From Alphaproteobacteria bacterium (GTDB taxonomy: Bacteria > Pseudomonadota > Alphaproteobacteria > Rs-D84), in contig JAWPOG010000023.1 in the NCBI GenBank assembly GCA_033345155.1, positions 1-54,975 on the forward strand: a stretch of DNA of 54,975 bases, written 5' to 3'. The position numbers were made by a program, and so were the translations under genes. A model generated the notes under the pieces. The model was not told where the DNA came from. It worked only from the letters and a program-made list of their open reading frames with translations, and searched no databases. Positions 1-10,029 of the stretch are shown here, in pieces (within the stretch, counting starts at the first letter, position 1; every line of letters begins with the position of its first letter).

Positions 1-666
1 TATGGTCATTTTTTCAATTTTTTGTCCATCAAATTTATTCAAGTTTGCTTTGAATTCGGCGTTTGCTGCATGACAAACAGATTCCAAAGACCAGTATTCA
101 ACAGGCTTAAAACCTTCAATTTCTTTTTCGCGATCTACAACCAGTTTTACAGCCACGGATTGTACGCGCCCTGCAGACTTGCCTAAATTTCTGCGCCACA
201 ACAGTGGGGAAATGCCAAAGCCAATCAGGTAATCTAATGCGCGACGCACCAAATATGCATCTACTAAATTCTTATCAATTTCGCGCGGGTTTTGAATTGC
301 TTCACCGACGGCTTTTTTTGTGATTTCATGGAATGCAACACGATAAACTTGCTTGTCTTTTAATAATTTTTTTGCTTTTAAAATATCCAGCAAATGCCAT
401 GCAATAGCTTCCCCTTCGCGGTCAGGGTCGCTTGCCAGATAAACTGCATCTGCTTTTTTTAATTCATCAGTTATCAGTTTTATTTGTTTTTCTTTACCTG
501 GCATAATTTGCCATTTCATTTTGAAATTATTTTCTGTATCTACACTGCCATTTTCGGGCACCAAATCGCGCACATGTCCAACAGATGCGATAACGCGCCA
601 ACCTGCCCCCAGATATTTTTCAATTGTTTTTGCCTTGGACGGTGATTCGACAATTAATAAATTCAT
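1..666 (-). CDS. topA: DNA topoisomerase I, N-terminal part (runs off window start)
   Basis: Manual translation from ATG at 666 gives MNLLIVESPSKAKTIEKYLG (Toprim start), later ASDPDREGEAIAWH and SAGRVQS; not in ORF track because the stop is outside the window. Confidence 0.97.
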   Translation of the reverse strand, partial: MNLLIVESPSKAKTIEKYLGAGWRVIASVGHVRDLVPENGSVDTENNFKMKWQIMPGKEKQIKLITDELKKADAVYLASDPDREGEAIAWHLLDILKAKKLLKDKQVYRVAFHEITKKAVGEAIQNPREIDKNLVDAYLVRRALDYLIGFGISPLLWRRNLGKSAGRVQSVAVKLVVDREKEIEGFKPVEYWSLESVCHAANAEFKANLNKFDGQKIEKMTI

Positions 667-670
667 ACCT

Positions 671-1816
671 TTAACTCCCCTTTGCAGATAATTGTTGGTC
701 TTTGTGAATATGTGCATTTTGGCACAGCCCAAACCCGAACATCAGTGATAACAGACTGCTGCCGCCAAAAGACATCAATGGCAACGGTACGCCGACGGTT
801 GGTAATAATCCCAAAACCATAGAAATATTTATAAAATAATAAACAAAAAAGTTCAACATAAATCCAAAACAGATTAATTGTCCAAATCTGTTTCTGCACA
901 TTTTTGCTGTCCAGAACAGCACTGCTACAATCCATGTATATATAGCTAATAAACTGAATGCACCAATAAAACCGAACTCTTCGCCCAGCATTGTAAAAAT
1001 AAAATCTGTCTGTTTTTCGGGCAAGAAAGATTGTTGAGATTGCGAACCTTTTATATACCCTTTACCAGTCATGCCCCCGCTGCCGAAAGCTATTTTTGCC
1101 TGATTGATTTGATATCCCGCCCCCTGCAAGTCGCTGGTCGGGTTAAACAGGGTAATAATTCGTCCGCGTTGATAGTCATGTAATCCCCCATACCAAATTG
1201 CAGGTGCTGCCATACACCCCAGAACAGCCGCAATAATAAACCATTTTTTATTTGCACCCACAATATAGAACACACCAATGGTAATCATACCCAGCGACAA
1301 AGCCGTACCCAAATCCGGTTGTGCCACAATCAAACCAAACGGCACCAGCAACATCAATATCGGCGCAATATAGTTCTTGAATTGTCCCAGTTCCACTGAA
1401 TTAAACCAAGCAAAATATCGTGCCAACGCCAACACCAATGCAATCTTAATTAATTCCGATGGTTGTACATGAATAAATCCCAGGTTCAGCCATCTTTGTG
1501 CCCCCATACCTGTATGCCCAACAAAGGTCACTAACACAATCATAATCAATGCTACTGCATAAATCAGATAAGCTGATTTAACCCATGTCTTGATATTGGT
1601 AAAAGCAGCAAAGAAAAACACCCCAAAACCCAGCAAAATCTTGAATAATTGAGACAGTGCAAACGGTTTCCAATGTCCACCACCCGCAGAAAACAACACA
1701 ACAATAGAAATCGTAAGCACCATACACATCGGCACAAACAACCCCCAAGAAAAACGCCCCAGTTTTTCACCAAAATTCATCATATTCGCGTTTGAAATGC
1801 GTGTTTTTAATGCCAT
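671..1816 (-). CDS. rodA: Rod shape-determining SEDS glycosyltransferase RodA
   Basis: Multi-TM; GAQRW, QPSE, QPDLGTA, GYQINQ, LPEKQTDFIF, GVPLPLMSFGGSS; directly downstream of PBP2. Confidence 0.96.
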   Translation of the reverse strand: MALKTRISNANMMNFGEKLGRFSWGLFVPMCMVLTISIVVLFSAGGGHWKPFALSQLFKILLGFGVFFFAAFTNIKTWVKSAYLIYAVALIMIVLVTFVGHTGMGAQRWLNLGFIHVQPSELIKIALVLALARYFAWFNSVELGQFKNYIAPILMLLVPFGLIVAQPDLGTALSLGMITIGVFYIVGANKKWFIIAAVLGCMAAPAIWYGGLHDYQRGRIITLFNPTSDLQGAGYQINQAKIAFGSGGMTGKGYIKGSQSQQSFLPEKQTDFIFTMLGEEFGFIGAFSLLAIYTWIVAVLFWTAKMCRNRFGQLICFGFMLNFFVYYFINISMVLGLLPTVGVPLPLMSFGGSSLLSLMFGFGLCQNAHIHKDQQLSAKGS

Positions 1817-1817
1817 T

Positions 1818-3596
1818 TTAATTTTTTATCCCCTTTAACAATTCCCGCATAACCGCAGAAACAGTGCGTGCAGCGGGTCCACTGCCCCCAGAATGTTCTG
1901 TTATTGCACATACGGCATATTTTGGATTATCTGTCGGCGCATATCCGACAAACAACCCATGATTTCGCATGCGCCATTGTAATTGTTCATTGGTCAAAAC
2001 ACCACTCAGACGCTCTTTTTTTGAAATGCTGCGCACCTGAGAGGTTCCAGTTTTTCCACCCATACGCATACCTTTTACATTAATTGCGCTGCCGACTGCG
2101 GTACCACCCTTTTTCAGTACCATTTCCAAGCCCTTTAACACATGTTGGACATTTTTTTGTTGCAATTTCAAATTATCAAACACAGGTTTTTCATTATCGT
2201 AAATCAATCGTGGTACCACGCGCCTGTTCGAAGCCGCTCGTGCCATCATCACCGCCAATTGCAAACAGTTTGTCAATATAAATCCCTGGCCGATACCGGA
2301 AATAACGGTATCACCATGAACCCATCTGTATCCGATATTTTTTTCTTTCCAGTATCTGTCGGGCATAACACCGGGCATTTCTCGTGACAAAATATCGTCC
2401 ATAAATGTTTCTGTAAATCCCAGACGAATCGCCATATCTTTGATTGCATCAATCCCGATACGCAAAGCCACCTGATAAAAATAAATATCGCAAGAATGTT
2501 GTAAAGCCCCCGCCAGGTCCACATACCCATGTCCCTTGTCTTCCCAACAGTGATAGCGTCTGTCACCATAGTCCCAATAACCCGGGCAAAATATTTTTTC
2601 CTGGGGGGTAATTGCACCAGATTCCAAAGCCGCCAGTGCAACAACAATCTTAAAAGTAGAACCGGGCGGATACAACCCTTCGATTGCTTTGTTCATAAAA
2701 GGTTTGGCTTCGTCTTCACGCAGGTTTTGAATATATTCATCCCCGTCATCTTCGCGAAACATATTCGGGTCAAAACTGGGGACGGACACCATTGCCAAAA
2801 TATCACCTGTTTCTATATCCAATGCCACGCCACATCCCGACCTGTGTTGTGTCAGCGCATCATACATTACGCGTTGCGCATTTTCATTAATAGTTGTTTT
2901 GACATTTTGTCCAACGATTGGTGCGACATATTGCGATTTATCTTCGCCTGTAATTCGTCCAACAGCATTTGAAATTAAAACAGTTTGGCCTGCTTCCCCT
3001 TTTATATCATCATCAAATCGTTTTTCCAGACCTGTAATCCCGGTTGTTAAAAACGGTGCATTTGGAACTGGTGTTTTTGGTTCACCCACATAACCGAAAA
3101 TCTGTGCACCAGCAGGCCCCATTTCATAAATACGGGCATAACCGCTTTCCACATGCAATCCTGGCAGATTTTTTGCCTGCAAACGCGCCAACATATCCCA
3201 GTCTGTATTTTCGCTGACCAGTACAGGCTGAAATTTTAACTGTTTTTTTATTTTTGCCCGAATTTTTTCGACGCGTTTTGGTTTTAAATTCAAATCAGTT
3301 GCCACTGTATCAACCAAAGCATCTATGTCATACGCTTCTTCTGGTACTATATAGATACGATAAATCGGTGCATCGCGAGACATTGAGGTGCCATTTCTGG
3401 ATAAAATTTTGCCACGTTCAGGCATATCAATTTGAATGCGATAAGAATTGCTTTCGCTTTTTTCTTTATAGCTCTTATAACTAAACAACTGCATTTGCAA
3501 CATTCGCAATACCAAAGCAGATGTCATTACCACACCAGCGGTTAAAAACAGCGCGCTTCGTCTGTCAAAGGTTCTTGCCACTTCTTTATCTATCAT
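1818..3596 (-). CDS. mrdA: Penicillin-binding protein 2
   Basis: N-terminal TM anchor; SxxK (PGSTFK), SxD (SCD), KTGT motifs; mreC-mreD-mrdA-rodA order. Start taken at ATG of MIDKE. Confidence 0.95.
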   Translation of the reverse strand: MIDKEVARTFDRRSALFLTAGVVMTSALVLRMLQMQLFSYKSYKEKSESNSYRIQIDMPERGKILSRNGTSMSRDAPIYRIYIVPEEAYDIDALVDTVATDLNLKPKRVEKIRAKIKKQLKFQPVLVSENTDWDMLARLQAKNLPGLHVESGYARIYEMGPAGAQIFGYVGEPKTPVPNAPFLTTGITGLEKRFDDDIKGEAGQTVLISNAVGRITGEDKSQYVAPIVGQNVKTTINENAQRVMYDALTQHRSGCGVALDIETGDILAMVSVPSFDPNMFREDDGDEYIQNLREDEAKPFMNKAIEGLYPPGSTFKIVVALAALESGAITPQEKIFCPGYWDYGDRRYHCWEDKGHGYVDLAGALQHSCDIYFYQVALRIGIDAIKDMAIRLGFTETFMDDILSREMPGVMPDRYWKEKNIGYRWVHGDTVISGIGQGFILTNCLQLAVMMARAASNRRVVPRLIYDNEKPVFDNLKLQQKNVQHVLKGLEMVLKKGGTAVGSAINVKGMRMGGKTGTSQVRSISKKERLSGVLTNEQLQWRMRNHGLFVGYAPTDNPKYAVCAITEHSGGSGPAARTVSAVMRELLKGIKN

Positions 3597-4044
3597 AGCC
3601 AACCCTTTGAATTATTTTTGCAATCGGGACATAAACTGCGCACCCCAATGCAAACATCCACAGCCCACGCAATGCGTTCATAAATGTAAAGCCCATAATG
3701 ACCTGAATAAATACAGCCAGTCCAAAAAACACCATAAACACAAGCAGTCCATATTTATCCATCCTTGTAATATCGATATAGGTCTGAAAACCGTTGATTG
3801 AATAAAACAGACAATAGATTGCCAGCCAAAAACAAACCGTTTCAAAATTGTAATCCAGGCATACACACATCAAAATTGAAAATAAAACAAACCAATCTGT
3901 CGGTCGTACAAAAGAACAAATAAAAATCGGCACAATCGCCAAGACCCCCGCCGGATTCCAAAACGGGTCAGCCAATCGCCACAATCCGATTGTTAATAAA
4001 AACGGAAAGGCGACGCGTAAAAAATAAACCAGTTTTTCTTTCAT
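3586..4044 (-). CDS. mreD: MreD-like membrane protein
   Basis: 152 aa, very hydrophobic, between mreC and mrdA with overlapping stop/start; call mainly positional. Confidence 0.65.
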   Translation of the reverse strand: MKEKLVYFLRVAFPFLLTIGLWRLADPFWNPAGVLAIVPIFICSFVRPTDWFVLFSILMCVCLDYNFETVCFWLAIYCLFYSINGFQTYIDITRMDKYGLLVFMVFFGLAVFIQVIMGFTFMNALRGLWMFALGCAVYVPIAKIIQRVGYDR

Positions 4045-4865
4045 TTGTATTCGTTATCCGGGGTGTCAAATTTCAGCACCATCACGCGTGATATTTCAGC
4101 TGGGTTTGCGACATCGACATATGTTTCATCAACCATCTCACCAACAATCAGTCCCGCAGGCAACACACCCGAAATATTACTGGACACCAGTTTTATTCCC
4201 TGGCTGGGTTTGAATTCAGGGTTACTAAAAAATCCCATAGTTGGATATTTCGAACCATTACCTGTCATAAAACCATAGACATCTGTTCCGACGACCCGTA
4301 CGGCCAAATTTGTATCTATGTCTGTCAAAGCCCGTACCCTTGAAAAATTGTTTGCGCTGTCAATTATAACCCCTGCCAATCGCATATCGGTTGTTGCGAC
4401 CACCATACCTGTTTCGACCCCATCGCGTGCGCCACGATTGACAATATATGTACTGTGTCCAATTGCACGATTATCATGAATAACATCTGCTATAACGGCC
4501 TGCCTTGGTTGTGCAGAAATCAGCCCCAGTTCATTATATAACTTTTGATTTTCTTTGATTGCGATTGCGCACATATCTTTATCTATCAAAGCAGCATCCA
4601 ACCTTGCCCGCAATTCCGCATTTTCTTCACGCAAAGAAGAAACTTCGGCGATGCCGCTGATTGTGCTGCCAACAATACGAAAAGGCCAAGTAACAACATC
4701 CCCAACAACCTGCGCAACAGGCACCACCACATGTCCCAACGCATTCATTATTGCGTAATCAGGCTTTGCAATCATTATATATATAAACAGCACCGGCAAT
4801 ACCGCCGCCGTAGAGACCGCCCGAATAATCGGATATATTTTGGAAGATATCTTATTTTGTTTCAT
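4041..4865 (-). CDS. mreC: Rod shape-determining protein MreC
   Basis: TM anchor, coiled coil (LREENAELRARL), GARDGV and SGVLPAGLIVG beta domains; start at ATG 4865 chosen from promoter geometry. Confidence 0.93.
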   Translation of the reverse strand: MKQNKISSKIYPIIRAVSTAAVLPVLFIYIMIAKPDYAIMNALGHVVVPVAQVVGDVVTWPFRIVGSTISGIAEVSSLREENAELRARLDAALIDKDMCAIAIKENQKLYNELGLISAQPRQAVIADVIHDNRAIGHSTYIVNRGARDGVETGMVVATTDMRLAGVIIDSANNFSRVRALTDIDTNLAVRVVGTDVYGFMTGNGSKYPTMGFFSNPEFKPSQGIKLVSSNISGVLPAGLIVGEMVDETYVDVANPAEISRVMVLKFDTPDNEYK

Positions 4866-4872
4866 CGCGCCT

Positions 4873-4901
4873 ACTTTAACCACAAAAGTTCAGATATTCA
4901 A
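4873..4901 (-). promoter_or_regulatory. sigma70-type promoter of mreC operon, probably leaderless
   Basis: TTGAAT-17 nt-TAAAGT, then 7 nt to ATG. Confidence 0.6.
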
Positions 4902-4941
4902 TAAAAACTTGATTTTTGAAATAAATCTGGCATAATACGGT

Positions 4942-4973
4942 CAGTCAAAGTGGCAGGCATTGCCACCAGACTG
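4942..4973 (+). promoter_or_regulatory. Stem-loop in 5' leader of rpmI-rplT (candidate L20 autoregulatory site)
   Basis: CAGTC/GACTG and GTGGCA/TGCCAC stems just after TTGATT...CATAAT promoter (4909-4936). Confidence 0.45.
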
Positions 4974-5003
4974 TAAAACTATCTATAAATAAAAGGATAT
5001 AAA

Positions 5004-5207
5004 ATGCCAAAATTAAAGACCAAGTCGTACTTGAAAAAACGTGCGTCTATGACTGCAACCGGAAAAATACGTGTTGCTCGCAACTCTCATAAAAAACTGT
5101 TGCGTAAAAAATCAGCTCGCGCTAACAAGGCGGGTGCAAAACCACAGTATTTGAACGAAAACATGGTGGGTCAGGCAAAAATCCTGGCGCCATACGGTTT
5201 GAAATAA
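5004..5207 (+). CDS. rpmI: 50S ribosomal protein L35
   Basis: MPKLKTKS..KKR..TATGK, basic 67 aa, upstream of rplT. Confidence 0.95.
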   Translation: MPKLKTKSYLKKRASMTATGKIRVARNSHKKLLRKKSARANKAGAKPQYLNENMVGQAKILAPYGLK

Positions 5208-5219
5208 GGGGGTACAGTC

Positions 5220-5588
5220 ATGGCAAGAGTAAAACGCGGTACAACCGTTAAACAAAAGCACAATAAAATCTTAGCACGTGCCAAGGGTTACCTGGGCCGT
5301 CATCATTCAACATATCGCGCAGCACGCGAAAAAACAGAAAAAGCGGGTCAGTATGCATATCGCGATCGTCGCGTTAAAAAACGTGAATTTCGTGGTTTGT
5401 GGATTGTTCGTATCAATGCTGCAGTGCGCGCAAATGGTATGACTTACAGCCAGTTTATGAATGGCTTGAAAAAGGCTGGCGTTGCCCTGGACCGCAAGGT
5501 TTTGGCCGAAATGGCATACGCGGGCGATGCAAACTTCGTCAAATTGGTTGACACAGCGAAACGATTTATCAGCGCCGAAAGTAAATAA
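5220..5588 (+). CDS. rplT: 50S ribosomal protein L20
   Basis: [39 protein letters not shown]. Confidence 0.98.
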   Translation: MARVKRGTTVKQKHNKILARAKGYLGRHHSTYRAAREKTEKAGQYAYRDRRVKKREFRGLWIVRINAAVRANGMTYSQFMNGLKKAGVALDRKVLAEMAYAGDANFVKLVDTAKRFISAESK

Positions 5589-5668
5589 TACCTTGTCGGC
5601 GGGGTATCTGTTTTGTCATAATAAAAGCCGTCAAACGACGGCTTTTTAATTTAAAATTTTTTGGGGTA

Positions 5669-6628
5669 ATGGTCATGCAAGAACAAATTAAAAACATAAA
5701 AACACTTGAAGAACTGCAAGTCTTGTACACAGCCACATTCGGTAAAAATGGCACAATGACGGCACGTCTGAAACAGATGAAAGATTTAGATAACGATGCG
5801 CGCGCCGCATTGAATATGGAAAACCAAACACTGCGTGAATTGTTTAAAACACGCCAGACTGAAATTGAAAATGCAGTCTTGATGGCATCTTTGCAGAAAC
5901 AAAAGTTGGATGTTTCATTAAATCCATTGCCTGAAAATCGTGGCACATTACATCCATTGACACAAAGTTTCAAAGAAGTTGTAAATATTTTTGAATCTTT
6001 GGGTTATACATATATGACGGGTCCAGAAATAGAAGATGATTGGCATAACTTTACCGCATTAAATACACCGGCCTATCACCCTGCCCGTGATATGCAGGAT
6101 ACTTTCTTTTTACCAAACGGCAATGTAATGCGTACACAAACGTCTGCGGTACAAATTCGTGCGATGAAAAAAAATGGTGTACCAATTAAAATGTTTACTG
6201 TTGGTCAATGTTATCGCAAAGAATTAGATGCAACACATTCTGCAATGTTTGGTCAAATAGAAGGTTTGTATATTGATACAATTGAAAAAGGTGTAAATTT
6301 GTCTGATATGTTGGCAACAATGCGAACATTTGCATCTAAATATTTTGAAAAGGATGACCTGGAACTAAGAATTCGTCCATCGTACTTTCCATTTACGGAC
6401 CCATCAATTGAAATAGATATGAAATTTGGTGACAAATGGATGGAATTATTGTGCGGTGGTATGGTTCATCCAAATGTATTAAAAAATTGTAATATTAATC
6501 CAGATAAATATCAGGGTTTTGCATTTGGATTCGGTTGGGCACGTCTGGTAATGATTAAATATGGTTTGAACGATATACGTGCGTTTACAGATTCTGATGT
6601 TCGCTGGTTGAAATCGGCTGGTTTCTAA
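5669..6628 (+). CDS. pheS: Phenylalanine-tRNA ligase alpha subunit
   Basis: HPARDMQDTFF, RTQTSAVQIR, RPSYFPFTDPS, GFAFGFG. Confidence 0.97.
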   Translation: MVMQEQIKNIKTLEELQVLYTATFGKNGTMTARLKQMKDLDNDARAALNMENQTLRELFKTRQTEIENAVLMASLQKQKLDVSLNPLPENRGTLHPLTQSFKEVVNIFESLGYTYMTGPEIEDDWHNFTALNTPAYHPARDMQDTFFLPNGNVMRTQTSAVQIRAMKKNGVPIKMFTVGQCYRKELDATHSAMFGQIEGLYIDTIEKGVNLSDMLATMRTFASKYFEKDDLELRIRPSYFPFTDPSIEIDMKFGDKWMELLCGGMVHPNVLKNCNINPDKYQGFAFGFGWARLVMIKYGLNDIRAFTDSDVRWLKSAGF

Positions 6629-6644
6629 AACGGGGGAATAAAAA

Positions 6645-8948
6645 ATGAAATGGACATATGATTGGTTAAAAGAATATTTAAAAACAGATGCAACTGCATC
6701 CGAAATCGCCGATACACTGACCCAAATCGGACTAGAGGTTGATGACGTTATCACCCCAAAATCGCCAATTGTGGCGCGTATTGTTGAATGCAAGCCACAT
6801 GAAAACAGCGACCATTTGCATGTATTAATGGTTGACGACGGGTCTGGCACATTGCGTCAGGTTGTATGTGGTGCACCAAATGCACGTGTGGGTTTAATAT
6901 CTGCGCTGGCAATACCGGGGTGTGTAATTGATGGACATGAAATTCAATCTGGTAAATTACGTGGTGTTTTATCAAACGGCATGATGTGTTCTGGCAAAGA
7001 ACTGGGCATAAATGATGACCACAGTGGTATTATCGAATTGCCAGATGATTCTGTGATTGGTTCAGATGTTTTGGAAACAAAAACTGTATTTGATGCAGGT
7101 ATAACACCAAACAGACCTGATTATTTATCTGTACGTGGAATTGCGCGCGACCTGTCTGCGGCGGGTATTGGTGAATATATTGAACCAAACGACCCAGCGT
7201 TCAAAAATATTTCTGGAAATCGTCAGGTTGTATTAAAAACAGATAAATGCCGTGCGTATAAAATGATTGAAATACATGGCATAACAGTTAACCCCAGTGA
7301 TAAAAAAATTGCATCAAGACTTGCTGCAATTGGTATTAATCCAAAGAATGCCCCGGTTGATGCGACAAACTATATCTGTTATGATATGGCGCAACCCATG
7401 CATTGTTTTGATGCAGACGAAATTGATGGCGATATTATCGTACGCATGGCAAACAATGGTGAAAAATTCACAGACTTGTTTGGCAATGAACATGAATTAG
7501 TTGGCACAGATATGGTTATCACAGACGCGTCTGGTATTTTGGCGCTGGCGGGTGTGATTGGTGGTGCACGCGGTGCAACCACGGAAAACACCAAGAATAT
7601 TATCTTGGAATCTGCGTATTTTGATCAGGTATCTGTTCGTAAATCTGCAAAAAGATTGGGTATATCAACCGATGCATCATATCGATATGAACGTGGTATT
7701 GACCCAACGATAACTGGTGTGGCTGCAATGCATGCGGCACAGATTATAATGGACGCATGTGGTGGTGAAATTGTTTCTACGTTTGCCGCCGGTACAGATG
7801 CCGCCCCAGATGTTAAAATTAAATATACGCCAAAATATTTTGCACAAAAAATTGGTTTTGATATGGATCCAGAAACCCAAAAATCTATATTAGAACGTTT
7901 GGGGTATACAATAAAAATCAGTGGTGATACATGGACTGTTACACCATGTCCTGCACGTGTTGATGTTGAAATTCCAGAAACAATTGTTGCTGATTTGGTT
8001 CGTATATATGGTTATGAAAAAGTTGGTCTTAAAAAAATGTCAGACACCGTAACAAACACTTTTCATAAAGACATAGATTTAGAATTAAAACAAAAATTGG
8101 CAAATCGTGGATTAAACGAAACGGTAACATTTGGTTTTGGTAATTCTGTTGTTGAAGAATTGTTGACTGATAAACCAATAATTCCTGTTGCAAATCCTAT
8201 AATTGTAGATTTGAATACCGCACGAAATAATTTATTGGGAAATCTGTTGATTGCTGTATCAAATAATGAAAAACGTGGTTATCCAGATTTAAATTTGTTT
8301 GAATTGGGCACTGTATTTGATGGGGACGCGCCGGGGCAACAACACACATCTGTTTGCATTGTTCGCACTGGCAGCAATTCGCCAAAACATTGGACCGGCC
8401 GCAATCGTGAAGTTGATATATATGATGTTAAGGCTGATTTAATTGCACTGATGGCGGGTGGGCGCTTTACAGTATCAACAGAAAACACACCACGTTGGGC
8501 GCATCCGTATCGTTATGGTGCATTAATGCAAGGCAAAAAGAAAATTGCAGAATTTGGTGAGCTTCATCCATCTGTTGCGAAAAAATTGCGCATAAAGACA
8601 AATGTTGTTGTCGCGATAGTTGATGATATCGAAAATCTGCCAGAAAAACGTGGCGGAAAACAACCTGTATTATCAGAATTTCAGCCGATAACACGTGACT
8701 TTGCGTTTATCGTAGATTTTGATACACCGGCTGAAAAATTGACATCTGTTGCGTGTTCGGCAGACGCACGTATAACAAATGCGGTTGTATTTGACGCGTT
8801 TGATATGAATGACGGCACAAAGTCGATTGCATTTACAATAACAATTCAGCCAAACGACAATATGTCCGATACCGATTTGCAAGAATTGCAAAACAAGGTT
8901 ATCAATTCGGTTGAAAAAAAATGCGATGCAAAAATACGTGATAAATAA
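6645..8948 (+). CDS. pheT: Phenylalanine-tRNA ligase beta subunit
   Basis: VVCGAPN, SNGMMCS, ITPNRPD, DASYRYERGID, RDFAF; follows pheS. Confidence 0.97.
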   Translation: MKWTYDWLKEYLKTDATASEIADTLTQIGLEVDDVITPKSPIVARIVECKPHENSDHLHVLMVDDGSGTLRQVVCGAPNARVGLISALAIPGCVIDGHEIQSGKLRGVLSNGMMCSGKELGINDDHSGIIELPDDSVIGSDVLETKTVFDAGITPNRPDYLSVRGIARDLSAAGIGEYIEPNDPAFKNISGNRQVVLKTDKCRAYKMIEIHGITVNPSDKKIASRLAAIGINPKNAPVDATNYICYDMAQPMHCFDADEIDGDIIVRMANNGEKFTDLFGNEHELVGTDMVITDASGILALAGVIGGARGATTENTKNIILESAYFDQVSVRKSAKRLGISTDASYRYERGIDPTITGVAAMHAAQIIMDACGGEIVSTFAAGTDAAPDVKIKYTPKYFAQKIGFDMDPETQKSILERLGYTIKISGDTWTVTPCPARVDVEIPETIVADLVRIYGYEKVGLKKMSDTVTNTFHKDIDLELKQKLANRGLNETVTFGFGNSVVEELLTDKPIIPVANPIIVDLNTARNNLLGNLLIAVSNNEKRGYPDLNLFELGTVFDGDAPGQQHTSVCIVRTGSNSPKHWTGRNREVDIYDVKADLIALMAGGRFTVSTENTPRWAHPYRYGALMQGKKKIAEFGELHPSVAKKLRIKTNVVVAIVDDIENLPEKRGGKQPVLSEFQPITRDFAFIVDFDTPAEKLTSVACSADARITNAVVFDAFDMNDGTKSIAFTITIQPNDNMSDTDLQELQNKVINSVEKKCDAKIRDK

Positions 8949-8952
8949 AACC

Positions 8953-8980
8953 AAAAAAACCGGCGATTGCCGGTTTTTTT
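8953..8980. terminator. Bidirectional intrinsic terminator
   Basis: A7-CCGGC-GATT-GCCGG-T7 between convergent genes. Confidence 0.9.
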
Positions 8981-8984
8981 GTTA

Positions 8985-9623
8985 TCATTTATTCGGGATA
9001 ATTTTAATTTCAACACGACGATTTTGCGCGCGTCCTTCGGCGGTTGCATTTGATGCAATTGGGTTCGAGAATCCCATCCCCAAAACCTCGAATCTGGATT
9101 CTTTGACACCTTGGCCTTGCAAATAAGCCGCAACTGACCCCGCGCGTTGACGCGACAAGTTCAAATTATAATCAGCGCTGCCCGTATTATCGGTATGACC
9201 AGACACCATCACAGTTGAGTCAGAATATTTATTCAAAACCTTGGCAACCGAATTCAAAACAGGATAAAAGGACGAATTAATATCAGCAGAATCTGTCTTA
9301 AATGTGATATTCCCTGGCATAATCAGACGAATGCTGTCCTGTTCTTCGATAACCTGAACACCGGTTGACACCAGTTCTGCGCGCAGTTCTGCCGCCTGTG
9401 CATCCAGATAATACCCAACACCGCCACCAACGGCCGCCCCAGCCAAGCCACCAACCAACGCGGCTTCGCTGCTTTGTGTGCTGCCAATCAGTGCGCCTGT
9501 TGCTGCGCCGATTGCGGTTCCCCATGTTGCTTTGGCGGTCTGGGTTTGTCCTGTGTATGGGTTCATAGTTGTGCATCCCGTCACCAAGGTCAAGAGTGCC
9601 AAAACACAAACAGTTTTTTTCAT
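8985..9623 (-). CDS. OmpA-family lipoprotein with glycine zipper (YiaD-like)
   Basis: Lipobox VTGC, Gly-zipper, GHTDNTG..YN..LS..RA and NRRVEI OmpA-C motifs. Confidence 0.92.
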   Translation of the reverse strand: MKKTVCVLALLTLVTGCTTMNPYTGQTQTAKATWGTAIGAATGALIGSTQSSEAALVGGLAGAAVGGGVGYYLDAQAAELRAELVSTGVQVIEEQDSIRLIMPGNITFKTDSADINSSFYPVLNSVAKVLNKYSDSTVMVSGHTDNTGSADYNLNLSRQRAGSVAAYLQGQGVKESRFEVLGMGFSNPIASNATAEGRAQNRRVEIKIIPNK

Positions 9624-9706
9624 GTTTTTCTCCTTTGTTATTAAATTCGCACGAGTATTTTATACCATATTATTTACAAACACAAAAACAAAAAACATTC
9701 TACTTC

Positions 9707-9931
9707 AAAATAAAAACCGATATAAAATCGGTTTTAATTTCTGGTGGGTGTTGAGGGATTCCCTCGGCACAAAGGTGCCTGTGGGGCATTCGTACCCGCA
9801 CACGATGTGTGCTGCGCACGCAAAATCGCGTGCTGACTCATTGTCAAACCTCGGGGTTTTCGTCCGCAAACCCATTCCAAAAATAAAAACCGATATAAAA
9901 TCGGTTTTAATTTCTGGTGGGTGTTGAGGGA
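9707..9931. repeat. 52-bp perfect direct repeat (9707-9758 and 9880-9931; period 173 bp) comprising the tRNA-Val 3' end plus terminator
   Basis: AAAATAAAAACCGATATAAAATCGGTTTTAATTTCTGGTGGGTGTTGAGGGA occurs twice. Confidence 0.95.
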
Positions 9932-9991
9932 CTCAAACCCCCGACCCTCTCGGTGTAAACGAGATGCTCTAATCAACTGAGCTAAACACCC
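9915..9991 (-). tRNA. tRNA-Val (anticodon TAC), CCA encoded
   Basis: Cloverleaf GGGTGTT/AACACCC, D stem GCTC/GAGC, anticodon arm TCTCG-TTTACAC-CGAGA, T arm GGGGG/CCCTC, 77 nt. Confidence 0.97.
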
Positions 9992-10029
9992 AAAGCCTCA
10001 ATAGCGGACGAATAATATAATATATTTTT

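Noticed and set aside
9478-9976. ORFs 9478-9927, 9569-9754 and 9734-9976
   Set aside because: They overlap the tRNA, its repeat and terminators and have no protein-like features
9707-9991. Integrated prophage or island with attL/attR at tRNA-Val
   Set aside because: Only 121 bp lie between the repeats and no integrase is present; kept as a tRNA-linked repeat
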